Both the position numbers and the translations under genes were made by a program. DNA of 64,000 nucleotides, taken from contig CAVRUC010000013.1 in NCBI GenBank assembly GCA_963724295.1, positions 512,001 to 576,000 of the forward strand, written 5' to 3'. The DNA comes from an uncultured Chloroflexia bacterium (lineage in GTDB: Bacteria; Chloroflexota; Chloroflexia; Thermomicrobiales; UBA6265). Below the pieces are notes generated by a model. The model saw nothing but the letters and a program-made list of their open reading frames with translations, did not search any database and was not told the origin of the DNA. This document shows, one piece after another, positions 9,443 through 19,442 of the stretch; the first letter of the stretch is position 1, and every line of letters starts with the position of its first letter.

Positions 9443-10813
9443 CTACTCAGCAGGGAAATCGAAGACTTCGGTCTCAATCGCAACATCCATGAACACCTCG
9501 GTTGCCACCTCGACCTGAACGCGCCCATCATCTGGGCCAGTCAGCAAATTGTCACTTCCCGGATCAAGACCCTCGCCATCTCGGGACACAGATGCTCTAC
9601 CCACGGTGAATGAACTCCCCGTATCGTCCCCCGGTCGGTACGCAAACACTGCAGAGACCGTTGCTTCCGGATACTCCAGTAATCCTCGTCGCGCTGCGTC
9701 TGCCAGCGTCGCCGCTAGGACCTCCGGGGTTCCACTCTCGGGGATCACGATGCGCCGAACGATCCGCGTTCGGCCATTGGGCGCTTCGACGACTTCTTCT
9801 GAAGCGACTTCATAGGCCAGCGCTGGCGTTTCTTGCGTGGTGGTTGCGGCTTGCACGGGCGCGGTTGCCGTCGGATCGACCGTTGGCTCGGCGACCTCGG
9901 TCGGTTCGGCCTCCGTATTCGCCGATGCCACGCTGATGTCGGGAGTATCTTGTAAGGCCTCTCCGGTTAGGAACAGCGACACAGTGGTTTGGGCCGGGTC
10001 GTCGGCTGGACTCAGATCGACGGTCCCTCCGAGGCCAGAGGACTGCATGGGTCGCAGCCCGATGATCAACGCCCCGGTCTCGGTCAGAAATCCACCAACC
10101 TCGCCACACGCGAGTGTGTTTTCATCTGGCCCAGCAACCACGATGGCGTGATTTGTCGCCAACATGGCGTCGACTGCAACAGGAATGATCGAGAACGAGT
10201 TGGCAACCGGCAGTGATCGTGGGTGACCAAGCTTCGCCCCCGACGGTACGGTGGCCTCAGTGAGCGGAGCAATTTCGGATCCGATCTGACTGCAATCCCC
10301 GTCGTGCAGCGCCGCAGCGAATCCGTTCTGCTGTGCTGTTGACAAGAGCGACCGGATGTTTGCTGTTTCTTCGTCCTGTGTTGCCGATTGGTCGTTAGCT
10401 GCCGTCGTAGCTTCAGTCTCGGGAGCCGCCGTTGCGACTTCAATCGGCGAATCGGCTGTGACATTTACGGATGCTTGCATTTCGGGGTGGAACCCGCAGT
10501 GGTAGTCGAAGGTTCCCACCTCGTCAAAGGTATGCGTAAACTGTTCGCCGGGATCGAGACGACCAGAATCAAATGATCCATCACCAGCCGTGACGGTATG
10601 CGGGCGACTCCCTTCGTTGGTCCACGTCACGGTGGTTCCAGCTGCGATTTGAAGAGTGGTTGGATCGAAGGCGAAGTCGGTGGCGCGGACCTCGTCGGTT
10701 GGCGCTTCTTGAGCGGCGACTGCACGTGGCAGCGTAACTGTCGGCGCCATCATTAGGATCGCGACAGTGACCGCCGTCACAACTTGCATTAGCGAGGAAC
10801 GAGGGTCGGTCAT
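9443..10813 (-). CDS. Exported multidomain protein: cupredoxin (plastocyanin-like), CHRD/SodC-like domain and unknown C-terminal domain
   Basis: AAGGAGG RBS, signal peptide, PHTVT and YHCGFHPEM copper ligands, ALHDGDC...ACGEVGG domain. Confidence 0.85.
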   Translation of the reverse strand: MTDPRSSLMQVVTAVTVAILMMAPTVTLPRAVAAQEAPTDEVRATDFAFDPTTLQIAAGTTVTWTNEGSRPHTVTAGDGSFDSGRLDPGEQFTHTFDEVGTFDYHCGFHPEMQASVNVTADSPIEVATAAPETEATTAANDQSATQDEETANIRSLLSTAQQNGFAAALHDGDCSQIGSEIAPLTEATVPSGAKLGHPRSLPVANSFSIIPVAVDAMLATNHAIVVAGPDENTLACGEVGGFLTETGALIIGLRPMQSSGLGGTVDLSPADDPAQTTVSLFLTGEALQDTPDISVASANTEAEPTEVAEPTVDPTATAPVQAATTTQETPALAYEVASEEVVEAPNGRTRIVRRIVIPESGTPEVLAATLADAARRGLLEYPEATVSAVFAYRPGDDTGSSFTVGRASVSRDGEGLDPGSDNLLTGPDDGRVQVEVATEVFMDVAIETEVFDFPAE

Positions 10814-11047
10814 CGGGCGGCCTCCTTCGTGCCTTTGGCAACCTCGGAGCCTGCGCAGTATCTGTGAATGAGGTGATGAGGCTATCCTGAACTTTCGTAT
10901 CGTCCCACGAATTGTCACCTATAGCCAGCACCACAACTGTCTCTGTGCCGGTCTCGATAAATGGCCCGTGCTGAGCGTCGAAGATGAAGTTCCCCGACTC
11001 GGAGGCCCGCGTGAAGGTGGCGATGATGCCCGTCAATCGCAACTTGG

Positions 11048-11203
11048 TCAGAACAAGGTCACGTCAAGCCAGCGAAGCAACGGGATGATCGCGAACCGCG
11101 TGATCAGTAGTGCGGCAACCGTAACGATGAACACTTCCCTGATTAACCGCGCCTGATCGGCGAGTGTGTCGGAACGGGGCCGGCTGATCGTCCAGATGAG
11201 CAT
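11048..11203 (-). CDS. Possible 51-aa membrane peptide
   Basis: MLIWTISRP...VFIVTVAALLITRFAIIPLLRWLDVTLF starts 20 bp after the nuclease gene stop. Confidence 0.3.
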   Translation of the reverse strand: MLIWTISRPRSDTLADQARLIREVFIVTVAALLITRFAIIPLLRWLDVTLF

Positions 11204-11222
11204 GGGCGAGGCAAGTTATCAG

Positions 11223-12041
11223 TCATTCGCCGCGTGAGAAGTCCGGCATCCAGAATTGCTCTCCCCAGCGGTCCCCTTGCGGAATCAGGCGCTCCTTTCG
11301 TTCGGCTCCATCCAAGATTCTCTTGATGATCGGATGAGTGGGTTTGTGCGGCGTCCGTTCCGCCAGATACATGTAGCCGATTCCGTCTGCGGGAAGCGCA
11401 TTGAACCGCGTTGTCAGCGTCACAACCATGTCCGCTGCGTGAGGGTCTACGAAGTCACCGAACATTGCTTTGGTCGACCACACCGCAGCAAGCCCTTCGA
11501 CAGACGAGTCCAAAAGGGCGCGGACGTTTCGTTCACAGCGCTGTATCCAATACGGCCAGATGACGCACTCATCCCCGAAATGCGCTTCAACAGCCTCCTT
11601 TCGCACTAACGGCGACGAAAGGGGCCGAGCGTACTGGGGGATGAAATGCGACGGTCCAACAAACTCGACTAGCACCCGGCGTCTTCCCAGTCTCACGGCG
11701 AGATCGACGCGCCTCCTGCCAAACGCAACCTGAGGTTCGACCTGCGCGTCGGGCCAGACGATTTCCACAAGTCGCTTGAGAATCAACTCGTCGAGGCTGC
11801 GCGAAGCGGTCCCTATTCGAGGGGCGTGTGGACTTTGAAGTTTGCCTGATCCCCATGCCCGGTGCATATCCAGCTCGCTGACGAACTTCTCTCCGTCGTG
11901 CTCCACGACCTTCAAGTTGCTGAGCGCGGTCTCGTGTACACCGAGGATCTCAGCCGCATCCGGGACGCTGAGACAGGACCCGCACCACTGATCAGAGTCA
12001 TGCAGGCGAAAGATTCCGTGAGACGCCCCGATCCAAGCCAT
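11223..12041 (-). CDS. Putative Vsr/DUF559-like PD-(D/E)XK nuclease with possible N-terminal HTH
   Basis: EPQVAFGRRRVDLAV...VEFVGPSHF; N-terminal SVPDAAEILGV. Confidence 0.6.
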   Translation of the reverse strand: MAWIGASHGIFRLHDSDQWCGSCLSVPDAAEILGVHETALSNLKVVEHDGEKFVSELDMHRAWGSGKLQSPHAPRIGTASRSLDELILKRLVEIVWPDAQVEPQVAFGRRRVDLAVRLGRRRVLVEFVGPSHFIPQYARPLSSPLVRKEAVEAHFGDECVIWPYWIQRCERNVRALLDSSVEGLAAVWSTKAMFGDFVDPHAADMVVTLTTRFNALPADGIGYMYLAERTPHKPTHPIIKRILDGAERKERLIPQGDRWGEQFWMPDFSRGE

Positions 12042-12380
12042 GACGGGTTCTTTTGTCCTCACGCATTGAGTCGTCGCTAGGCAGTTCCAGCCGCACCACG
12101 GTGAGGCTGCCGGTTCAGCCGTCGCGGCCCGGGTCTCTGCCCCAACTAACCATCGCCCCAATAGGCGCCCCAAGTGACCCAAGAGGCCATCGCACTGTTC
12201 GGTACCTTCATTGCTTGGGATGACCGACAGCCGAGCTAGATGTTCGGTTTTGGGTGTGCTTGACACACCGTAGCCATCGAGTTGAGATTAGTCGCCAGTG
12301 GCCGTGTGCTCTGCGATTCGCAGCTGCGAAACAGTTGCAAGTTACGCCGCGATTCGGGTCGTTGCAAAGGAGCCTAACCC

Positions 12381-13427
12381 ATGAGAACCGCTCACCGACG
12401 ATTGTTGCAGGCCGCCGCGACGGTAATGGTCGTCATGGCGCTTGGCACGTTGCCCCTCTCTAACTCGCTGTGGCTGGTGGCGGCGCAGTCCACTGACGTG
12501 GCCTCGGCTGCGCAACAAACCGGGATACCCGCTGCTCTACACGACGGGAGTTGCCCCGACACCGGCGCGGTTGTCGCCCCTCTTACGAACGCGGTCCTTC
12601 CTTCGGGATCACCTGTTGGCAACATCGATGCCCTACCCGCAGCTAACTCATTTACGACCGTTCCGCTGTCGCTCGCCACGATCCTTGCATCGGATCACGC
12701 GATTGTCATCGCAGATCCGATCGACAACGCGCCCATCGCCTGCGGTGAGATCGGCGGTTCCCTTGCTGAGGAAGAGTCGCTGGCCGTCGGACTTGCGGGC
12801 CAGCAGTCGTCCGGAGTTCATGGCATCGCGTTCCTCAGCCCCGGAAGCGATGGTGGGTCGACCGGAGTTTCGTTGTTTGTCACCGTGCCCGGCGACCTGA
12901 CACAGGCGCCCGTGCCGAGCCAACCAACACCGGTGCCAGCGGCTGAACAGACTACGGCAGACATCGCTCCCATCGAATCGGGCGGCCTCGGATTACCGAT
13001 CGAGGAGTTCTACGCACGTTATGGGGAGGCCGCCCCTGATCCGGTGATGGACGGTGAAGTTATCAGGACGGCCAATGGCCGCATCCGCGTCAGAGCTGCG
13101 GGCAACGACAAGGTGAACGCTGTCACACGCTACTTCGATGAAGGGGTGACGTTCGACGAAGCGAGGGCTACTGGGCTGGGATTCGCGCCCGCGGATTCGG
13201 TGTTGCTACAGACCTACACGACGTCCGTCGGCTCAACGGTGGATCTGTACTACAGCCCGTCGTTGGAAGCTCAGTTCTCAGAAACTCACGACGTTGACGG
13301 GATGGAGTTTCCGACTTGGGTCAACGGGGAGCCGGGGCAGTTCATCATCGGCTACGGAGGATATAACCCGGCGAATGAAGTCAACGAAGTCACACGGATC
13401 GTGATGGCTCTTGGGAACAATCCCTGA
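12381..13427 (+). CDS. Exported protein with CHRD/SodC-like domain and unknown C-terminal domain
   Basis: AAGGAG RBS, signal peptide, ALHDGSC...IACGEIGG; paralogous to the middle domain of 9443..10813. Confidence 0.8.
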   Translation: MRTAHRRLLQAAATVMVVMALGTLPLSNSLWLVAAQSTDVASAAQQTGIPAALHDGSCPDTGAVVAPLTNAVLPSGSPVGNIDALPAANSFTTVPLSLATILASDHAIVIADPIDNAPIACGEIGGSLAEEESLAVGLAGQQSSGVHGIAFLSPGSDGGSTGVSLFVTVPGDLTQAPVPSQPTPVPAAEQTTADIAPIESGGLGLPIEEFYARYGEAAPDPVMDGEVIRTANGRIRVRAAGNDKVNAVTRYFDEGVTFDEARATGLGFAPADSVLLQTYTTSVGSTVDLYYSPSLEAQFSETHDVDGMEFPTWVNGEPGQFIIGYGGYNPANEVNEVTRIVMALGNNP

Positions 13428-13522
13428 GCCTTACCGACACCCCGCGATCTCTTGGGACGCATTGGCGCTCCATGTTGCCGCCATAGGCTGAAAGAAGACC
13501 ACTCCGTGAGGCTGAGACGCCG

Positions 13523-14233
13523 GTGACTAGGAATCCGAACTGGACCGAGGACGAGGCGATCCTTGCCCTCGACCTCTACATCCGTTCCGGCTACCGCGTT
13601 CTGTCCGGAAACCATCCTGATGTGGTCGAACTCAGCGAGTTCATGAACTCGCTGCCGATCCATCCTCCCGAATTGCGGACGAGCAAGTTCCGCAATCCAT
13701 CGGGGGTAAACACCAAGTTGGCCAATTTTCGCCACGTTGACCCTGACCGACCGGGCGGATTGTCTGGTGCCTCGAAAATGGACTACTTCGTATGGAATGA
13801 GTACGCCCATGACATTCCTCGCCTGCGAAAGGTGGTCGAGGCCATACGTCGAAACTACCGGCAACCTGAAGTTGAGCGGGAACTCGACGATCCCGACGAA
13901 AGTGCGCCCGAGGGGCGCGTCTTGCTTCGTTCGCACAAACTACGAGAACGGAATCGGACCCTCGTAAAGAAACGAAAAGAGCGAGCTTTAGCGGAGCATG
14001 GCAGACTCACATGTGAGGCGTGCGGGTTCGATTATCAGGCAACGTATGGAGCGCTCGGCGATGGCTTTATCGAGTGCCATCACACGGTGCCGGTTTCCGA
14101 ATTGAGTCCCGGCCACGAGACGAAGGTCAGTGACCTCGCACTTTTGTGCGCTAACTGTCATCGTATGCTCCATAGGAGCAAGACCGCGCTCACCATTGCA
14201 CAGCTGAAAAGTCTATTGGTGCATAGTCGGTGA
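13523..14233 (+). CDS. HNH endonuclease, McrA-like (putative type IV restriction)
   Basis: RNPNWTEDEAILALDLY N-terminus; CEAC, ECHH and CANCHRMLH zinc/HNH motifs. Confidence 0.88.
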   Translation: MTRNPNWTEDEAILALDLYIRSGYRVLSGNHPDVVELSEFMNSLPIHPPELRTSKFRNPSGVNTKLANFRHVDPDRPGGLSGASKMDYFVWNEYAHDIPRLRKVVEAIRRNYRQPEVERELDDPDESAPEGRVLLRSHKLRERNRTLVKKRKERALAEHGRLTCEACGFDYQATYGALGDGFIECHHTVPVSELSPGHETKVSDLALLCANCHRMLHRSKTALTIAQLKSLLVHSR

Positions 14234-14294
14234 TGCCAATTCTTTTGTCACGGTCTTCTTGCCCACACAGAGACCATCTGGCACGATCCCGCCT

Positions 14295-15326
14295 ATGCAA
14301 CAGCTAGAGCCTCCACTAACTGCACTCATTGCGACTGCGGTGGAATTGTTCGTCGCGTGGCTGATCTTCCGCGTCGTGCCTAAGTCATGGGGTGAGAACC
14401 GAGTCGCGGCGTACGTCATCGTTTCTGTGTTTCTCGTCGCCGTCAATTGGGCGTTGATTAGTCTCTCTGTCTCGGGATGGCTGGCGAAACCGGAGAACGC
14501 GTCCACCGTTCAAGCGGTCTCAACGGCTGCCCAAGCGATGTTTGCCGTGGTGTTGATCGGCGTTGCGGTCTTCACGCTCCGAGCGAACGCGGATATGGCG
14601 CGAGAGACTAAGCGGATGGCGGAGGTCGCCGTGCAACAGCAGCGCGCTGCGACGAGGCCGGTCCTCGCGTTTCGCATCCATCCGCCAGAAGGTGGCAGTG
14701 CTCCCGATGCAAGCGAGTTCGTGACCGAGGCGTTCAACGTGGGGGCGGGGCCAGCGCTCGACGCACGCGTGTTCTACACCGGACCGTTCAATTTTGCCGA
14801 ACCGACAGACTACGTTCAGCCGTGCACCATCGCGGCGGGTGAAGCAGCGACGTTTACCTTTAAGCTCGACAAGGACTCGCCTTGGCAGGACCAATCCGAT
14901 CCACTGAAGTGGCCGCGCACGGAAGAGGACGCCGAACTCGAACAAGAGTCACATGCACTCAGAAACGCTCCCGCAGCGTTGCTACAGGATTCGCCGGAGA
15001 ATAAACGCCGGGGAGAAGTTCACAGAAAACTTCAAATCAGGTCGAATCGGTACTTCGCCGACCTGACCGCTCGTATTGCCGAGCGACACGACATCGGCCA
15101 GATTCGGGCCGAATATCGCGATCTGAGCGGGGCCGCGCATGAATCGACCGCTGACTTGCTCGTCATCAATCCCCAATCGCGTCGAGCTGTTGAGCAGAAA
15201 GCGGATCAATTGGGTGAATTGCCAGAGTCTCCGTCTTTCCATCCGTACTGGCCCGACCTCATGCTTGGGCGATTGTCCGTGGACCCGACTCCAGCACTGC
15301 CAGACCTCAGCAGGAGTGGTCGCTGA
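14295..15326 (+). CDS. Membrane-anchored hypothetical protein, paralog A
   Basis: Three hydrophobic segments, MARETKRMA, RPVL and NVGAGPA motifs. Confidence 0.75.
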   Translation: MQQLEPPLTALIATAVELFVAWLIFRVVPKSWGENRVAAYVIVSVFLVAVNWALISLSVSGWLAKPENASTVQAVSTAAQAMFAVVLIGVAVFTLRANADMARETKRMAEVAVQQQRAATRPVLAFRIHPPEGGSAPDASEFVTEAFNVGAGPALDARVFYTGPFNFAEPTDYVQPCTIAAGEAATFTFKLDKDSPWQDQSDPLKWPRTEEDAELEQESHALRNAPAALLQDSPENKRRGEVHRKLQIRSNRYFADLTARIAERHDIGQIRAEYRDLSGAAHESTADLLVINPQSRRAVEQKADQLGELPESPSFHPYWPDLMLGRLSVDPTPALPDLSRSGR

Positions 15327-16045
15327 TGTCACTCAGGCTTCCTACACTCAGTGCGCAACGGGGTATTCCGACTCTCGTAGCTGGCGAGGCTTTGCTGATC
15401 CTGCTGGCAATCGCTCTTGGAAGAGACCCCAACAGAATCGCGGATTACGCGACCATCCTGATCTCGCTGACGACGCTGTTCGCGCTTGCAATCTTCCATC
15501 GCGAGGTTCTGGATACTCAGTCGCGCCTGCACCGGGAAGTCATGGGTGAACAGGCGAATATACGCCGCTTGCAGACCCGCCCACAGGTACTCGTCTATTT
15601 CGCTCGCTCGCGGGATCGGAAGATGCTGGAGATGCTAGTGCTGGTCATCGAGCATTTCGGTGGGGGTCCGGCGCTCGATGTGCAGTTCACCTTCTCTCCT
15701 CCGCTCGTCAACTCCGAGGGCACAACGTTCGCCAACGAGCCACCCTTTTCAACAGGGATTGCGGTGATGGAACCGGGGTTCCGCCGCGAGATCAAATTTG
15801 ACGACTACCACCAGTTTCAAAAGCGTGCCGGAACGACCAGAATCGGCAGCAGGGTTATTAGGGCAGACATCGAAGAAACCCGGCTCGATTTTGAGGCAAC
15901 CGTGACACTTCGCGATCCGATCGGTGACGATCTGCGATATGAAACCCGCTACAAACTCGATCTGAGAGACCTCATGCCGTACACGATGGACTTCCTCGCC
16001 GAAGCCGAACCACAACCAGAGGCATGGATAAGGGGCGAGCCATAA
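15326..16045 (+). CDS. Membrane-anchored hypothetical protein, paralog B
   Basis: TGATG overlap with paralog A; two TM segments, RPQV, GGGPALDVQFTFSPPL. Confidence 0.75.
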   Translation: MSLRLPTLSAQRGIPTLVAGEALLILLAIALGRDPNRIADYATILISLTTLFALAIFHREVLDTQSRLHREVMGEQANIRRLQTRPQVLVYFARSRDRKMLEMLVLVIEHFGGGPALDVQFTFSPPLVNSEGTTFANEPPFSTGIAVMEPGFRREIKFDDYHQFQKRAGTTRIGSRVIRADIEETRLDFEATVTLRDPIGDDLRYETRYKLDLRDLMPYTMDFLAEAEPQPEAWIRGEP

Positions 16046-16140
16046 GACCCGCCCCGTTGCCTGATCTGCCGGGTGTGAGGTGTCAGACCGCGCCCTACGC
16101 GGCGTGTTCCGGCGACGGCACATTTCCTGCTGGTGATGGA

Positions 16141-16210
16141 CTCAGGCCGCGATTTCCCGCGCCGCATCGTCAGCGGTGAAGCGGAAGATGATTGGTGCCT
16201 GACCTAGATG
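16141..16210 (-). repeat. Peptide-tail repeat T5 (HLGQAPIIFRFTADDAAREIAA*)
   Basis: 62/70 nt identical to 21855-21924. Confidence 0.9.
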
Positions 16211-16257
16211 GTCCGTCGATGAGGATCATGGGTGTCCGTCTCCAAGTGCTCGCTCTA

Positions 16258-17187
16258 CTAAGCAAAGATGGAAGTAAGTACAGAGAAATCGACGTTACCA
16301 CTCAGGATTTGTCGCACTGCCAATTTGAGCGCTTCTTCGCTGATCGTCTTGCCTGCGCTCCCTGCGGCTTCCGACGCCCGTTTGATCCACTGGCCGACGC
16401 GACTCTCTTCACGGTCAACATCTTCAACCCTCGATTCCTCAACAATCGGGGTAAGGTCGTCGACCTCGATTCCTTGCGCACGAAACAGGTCGTTCAATCT
16501 GTTGACGAGGATCAGGCTTTGCTGACTCACCATGTTGCTGGCAATGGGCATGGTTCCGGTCGCGACGCCTACTGTGGGGTTCCCACCGTGAAAAATGAAC
16601 TGATTGAAGACCTGCCCAATCGCTTGATCGGTGTCGGGGTCGTTTGGCAGAGCAGCTTCACTAACCTCCGGGTAGAGCGTCTCGATTTCAAGGACGAACT
16701 GGAGCAGGCCCGTGCAAATAGACGACAGAATCCCTTTGATTGAAGCAAGCGAAACCACCTGACGATCCGATACAAGTGCTTCAAGTCTTTGTTGGAGGAC
16801 GACTTCGAGATGGCGATGCGCTATTCCCGCAGGAAGAAAGCGTACGTCCGTGCCTTCACTCGCCCACGAAACAAGCTGCGCAACACTTTCTCGAACGTCA
16901 ACGGATGATGCCGATTTGTACGCAGCTTCGTCAGTGAACATGTCCCACGGCGCAGTTCTCTGTTGTTGGTACCCCACTCCCGATGCGTGATACCAAATCG
17001 AAGCCGGGACAACGCGATAGTCTGGAAGTTCGGCGTCCTTCCCATAACCACGAAGTTCACTGTCAACCCACACTCGGAACGGTTCGTAACCCAGTCGCGT
17101 CGCGAGGAGGTATGCCCGTCTCAACGTCTTGTCGAAATCTGGGCCGCACTCGATCGCACCATCGCGGATGGCGTCAAGAAGGGACAT
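16258..17187 (-). CDS. AbiTii-domain protein (putative abortive infection)
   Basis: LRRAYLLATRLG...WVDSELRGY...LPDYR N-terminal signature; GGGAGG RBS. Confidence 0.75.
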   Translation of the reverse strand: MSLLDAIRDGAIECGPDFDKTLRRAYLLATRLGYEPFRVWVDSELRGYGKDAELPDYRVVPASIWYHASGVGYQQQRTAPWDMFTDEAAYKSASSVDVRESVAQLVSWASEGTDVRFLPAGIAHRHLEVVLQQRLEALVSDRQVVSLASIKGILSSICTGLLQFVLEIETLYPEVSEAALPNDPDTDQAIGQVFNQFIFHGGNPTVGVATGTMPIASNMVSQQSLILVNRLNDLFRAQGIEVDDLTPIVEESRVEDVDREESRVGQWIKRASEAAGSAGKTISEEALKLAVRQILSGNVDFSVLTSIFA

Positions 17188-17318
17188 TGCTCACGCCTCC
17201 CCAGCGAGGACTCGTCTGCTGACATTTGACTCTGTGCAGCCACATTATCGCAAGGTAGAAGGGGCGACCGACGCCGCACTTCTTGCCCTCACAGGAACAA
17301 TCTGGCACGATCGAAATC

Positions 17319-18455
17319 ATGTCCGACCTGATGCCCGAGATCACCGCCTTCTTGCTCGCTGCAACTGTAGTCCTGTGGGCGTCCTTCGCGTTCCTCCTCG
17401 GTCCGACCCTCTGGAAGTCGGATCGGCGGGCGTTCTACCTCTGCCTTGGCGTGGGAATCGTCTATGGGTGGCTACTCACCCGCTTTCTTGCGTCCGGGTG
17501 GCTGGGGAAGCCAGAGAACGCGACCACCGTGGAAGCGCTCGCGGCAGCCGCGCAAGCACTCTTCACTGTGGCGCTCATTGTTCTTACGGTGCGTACCGTT
17601 CAAGCGAACGCCAAGATAGCGGATGAAACAAAGCTGATGGCGGCGGAGACAGCAAGAATGGCTTCGGAGACTGAGAAGATGGCTGCGGTTGCCGCCGAAC
17701 AGCTTCGGAACACCACACTCCCAGTGATCCTTGTGCGCTTTCGCTCCACCTTTGACATGGAGCGTGGTGCCGAGAAAGGGAGAATCTGGATCAACATCCA
17801 CAACTACGGCGGTCCGGCAACCGATGTGGTGTTCTCTTTTGATCCGCCGCTAATTCGCTCGAATGGCGAAGACATAGGACTGAGGCCGACGTTCCTCACC
17901 GGCGTTCCAGTCGTACCTCCGGGTTGGGATCAGGAAGTGAGGTTTGACGACTACGACGATTACATTGATGACCTCTTTCTACAGGGAGGACGGACATACC
18001 TATTCGACGCAACCATTACTTCTCGCGATCCGTACTCCGGAGATTTCTTTCCACCAACCACAATCAGAATGGATCTCCGCCACCTCTCTCTTCAGCCGCT
18101 CGAAGGCAATTGGGATCCGGCCACCGAGTTTAGAGACGAGCGGAACTGGCGAACCGACCCGCGGACTGACGTCGATTCTGCGCAGCTACAACGGGTTCTC
18201 GAATCATTTACGGAGGAAGAGGTACCGAGAGAAGTGATAGGACCGTTGGATCAGCACTTCCGCCGGTCCTTTCAAAGGGCCGGCTGGTCAGTAGCCATCG
18301 GGAAACATGACATTTGGTGGCGGGCAGTCGCAACGAAGCAATCAGGTATCCATCAGGGGACTAGTGTCGGGGCGAGCGCTTGGTCTACGCAAGCGACGCT
18401 TGCGTTCACACTGAGGAAAGCTCTCGATTTGGACGCGGAGGTGAGCGCGGGCTGA
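17319..18455 (+). CDS. Membrane-anchored hypothetical protein, paralog C (mosaic of A and B)
   Basis: SGWLGKPENA as in paralog A; GGPATDVVFSFDPPL...FDDY as in paralog B. Confidence 0.75.
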   Translation: MSDLMPEITAFLLAATVVLWASFAFLLGPTLWKSDRRAFYLCLGVGIVYGWLLTRFLASGWLGKPENATTVEALAAAAQALFTVALIVLTVRTVQANAKIADETKLMAAETARMASETEKMAAVAAEQLRNTTLPVILVRFRSTFDMERGAEKGRIWINIHNYGGPATDVVFSFDPPLIRSNGEDIGLRPTFLTGVPVVPPGWDQEVRFDDYDDYIDDLFLQGGRTYLFDATITSRDPYSGDFFPPTTIRMDLRHLSLQPLEGNWDPATEFRDERNWRTDPRTDVDSAQLQRVLESFTEEEVPREVIGPLDQHFRRSFQRAGWSVAIGKHDIWWRAVATKQSGIHQGTSVGASAWSTQATLAFTLRKALDLDAEVSAG

Positions 18456-18527
18456 GAAGGGGCACACTATTCTTATGACAGCGAGGCGGCTCTTAGTATA
18501 AGAGTCGCGGGAGGAAGACACTCTAGC

Positions 18528-19436
18528 ATGACAAGCACACAAGTCCGGTCTGCTTACATCGTCGCCTCAAAAGGTACGAATGTGGTGCCCCTTGTTGAAG
18601 CACTCGATTCTAGGGGGGTCTCAACGAAAACTAGCCCTCTCATCTTGGGCCAAGCTCGGATCGACCAAGAAATCATATCGGCTATTCGATCAGCAGATAT
18701 GGTGATCGGTGTTCTTTGGGAGCGAGGCCCGGATCCCAACGTCATGGTTGAGTTAGGCATCGCGGTCGGGCTAGGTCGATCGCTCCTACTGTTTGGCGGT
18801 GAAGGCTCGAACGTACCTTCCAATCTTCGAAACTCTGTAGTGGTTGTCCGCATGTTGTCATGGAACGAAGCAATATTCCAGACCCACCTAGATCCATTCT
18901 TAGAGCAGTTGTCGTCCCGTCGAGAGCAACCGGAACGTAACACTCAAACCAGTTCGACTACCCAGCCATTGAGTCTTCATGCCTTCGAGGCCGCACTGAA
19001 CCACTTAGGTTCCATTGAGTCAGCAGGCCACACTCCGAATGAGTCGGAAGTCGTTGGTCTATTGGCGACCTTTTTTCAGGCGTCCGGCTATTTGGTGTCA
19101 ATCGAGCATCGGCAGCTGCAGACAGGGCGGACGCGGCCAGATCTGGCAGTTTGGGTCGAGGATCTCCCTGCCCGAGTCGGCAGTCCTTTGCTCATCGAAG
19201 TTGCTCTTCGCAACGCGATGATCAACCAGAGACTAGCGCAGTTTCAGCACCTCTTACATGATTTCAAAAGTGAAGGAGGGCTAATAGTCACTTGGAGCGA
19301 TACGAAAAGCTCAGGTATTTCAGGCAATCCGAATGACCCAAGAATCCCGATCTTGAGCGTTCGAGATCTAGTCAACGCGTTGAAGTTAGGAGTGTTCGCG
19401 GAGGTCTATTTGCGTCGTTCTACAGCAAAATCGTAA
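18528..19436 (+). CDS. TIR/nucleoside-deoxyribosyltransferase-like domain fused to a degenerate PD-(D/E)XK domain
   Basis: AIRSADMVIGVL...PNVMVELGIAVGLG; C-terminal RPDLAVW...LLIEVA. Confidence 0.7.
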   Translation: MTSTQVRSAYIVASKGTNVVPLVEALDSRGVSTKTSPLILGQARIDQEIISAIRSADMVIGVLWERGPDPNVMVELGIAVGLGRSLLLFGGEGSNVPSNLRNSVVVVRMLSWNEAIFQTHLDPFLEQLSSRREQPERNTQTSSTTQPLSLHAFEAALNHLGSIESAGHTPNESEVVGLLATFFQASGYLVSIEHRQLQTGRTRPDLAVWVEDLPARVGSPLLIEVALRNAMINQRLAQFQHLLHDFKSEGGLIVTWSDTKSSGISGNPNDPRIPILSVRDLVNALKLGVFAEVYLRRSTAKS

Positions 19437-19442
19437 GTTACT

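Noticed and set aside
16192..16210. GGCACCA on the minus strand of T5/T7 as a tRNA 3' end used as an att site
   Set aside because: There is no T-arm (GTTCRA) or cloverleaf upstream in either copy, and the substitution pattern is codon-like.
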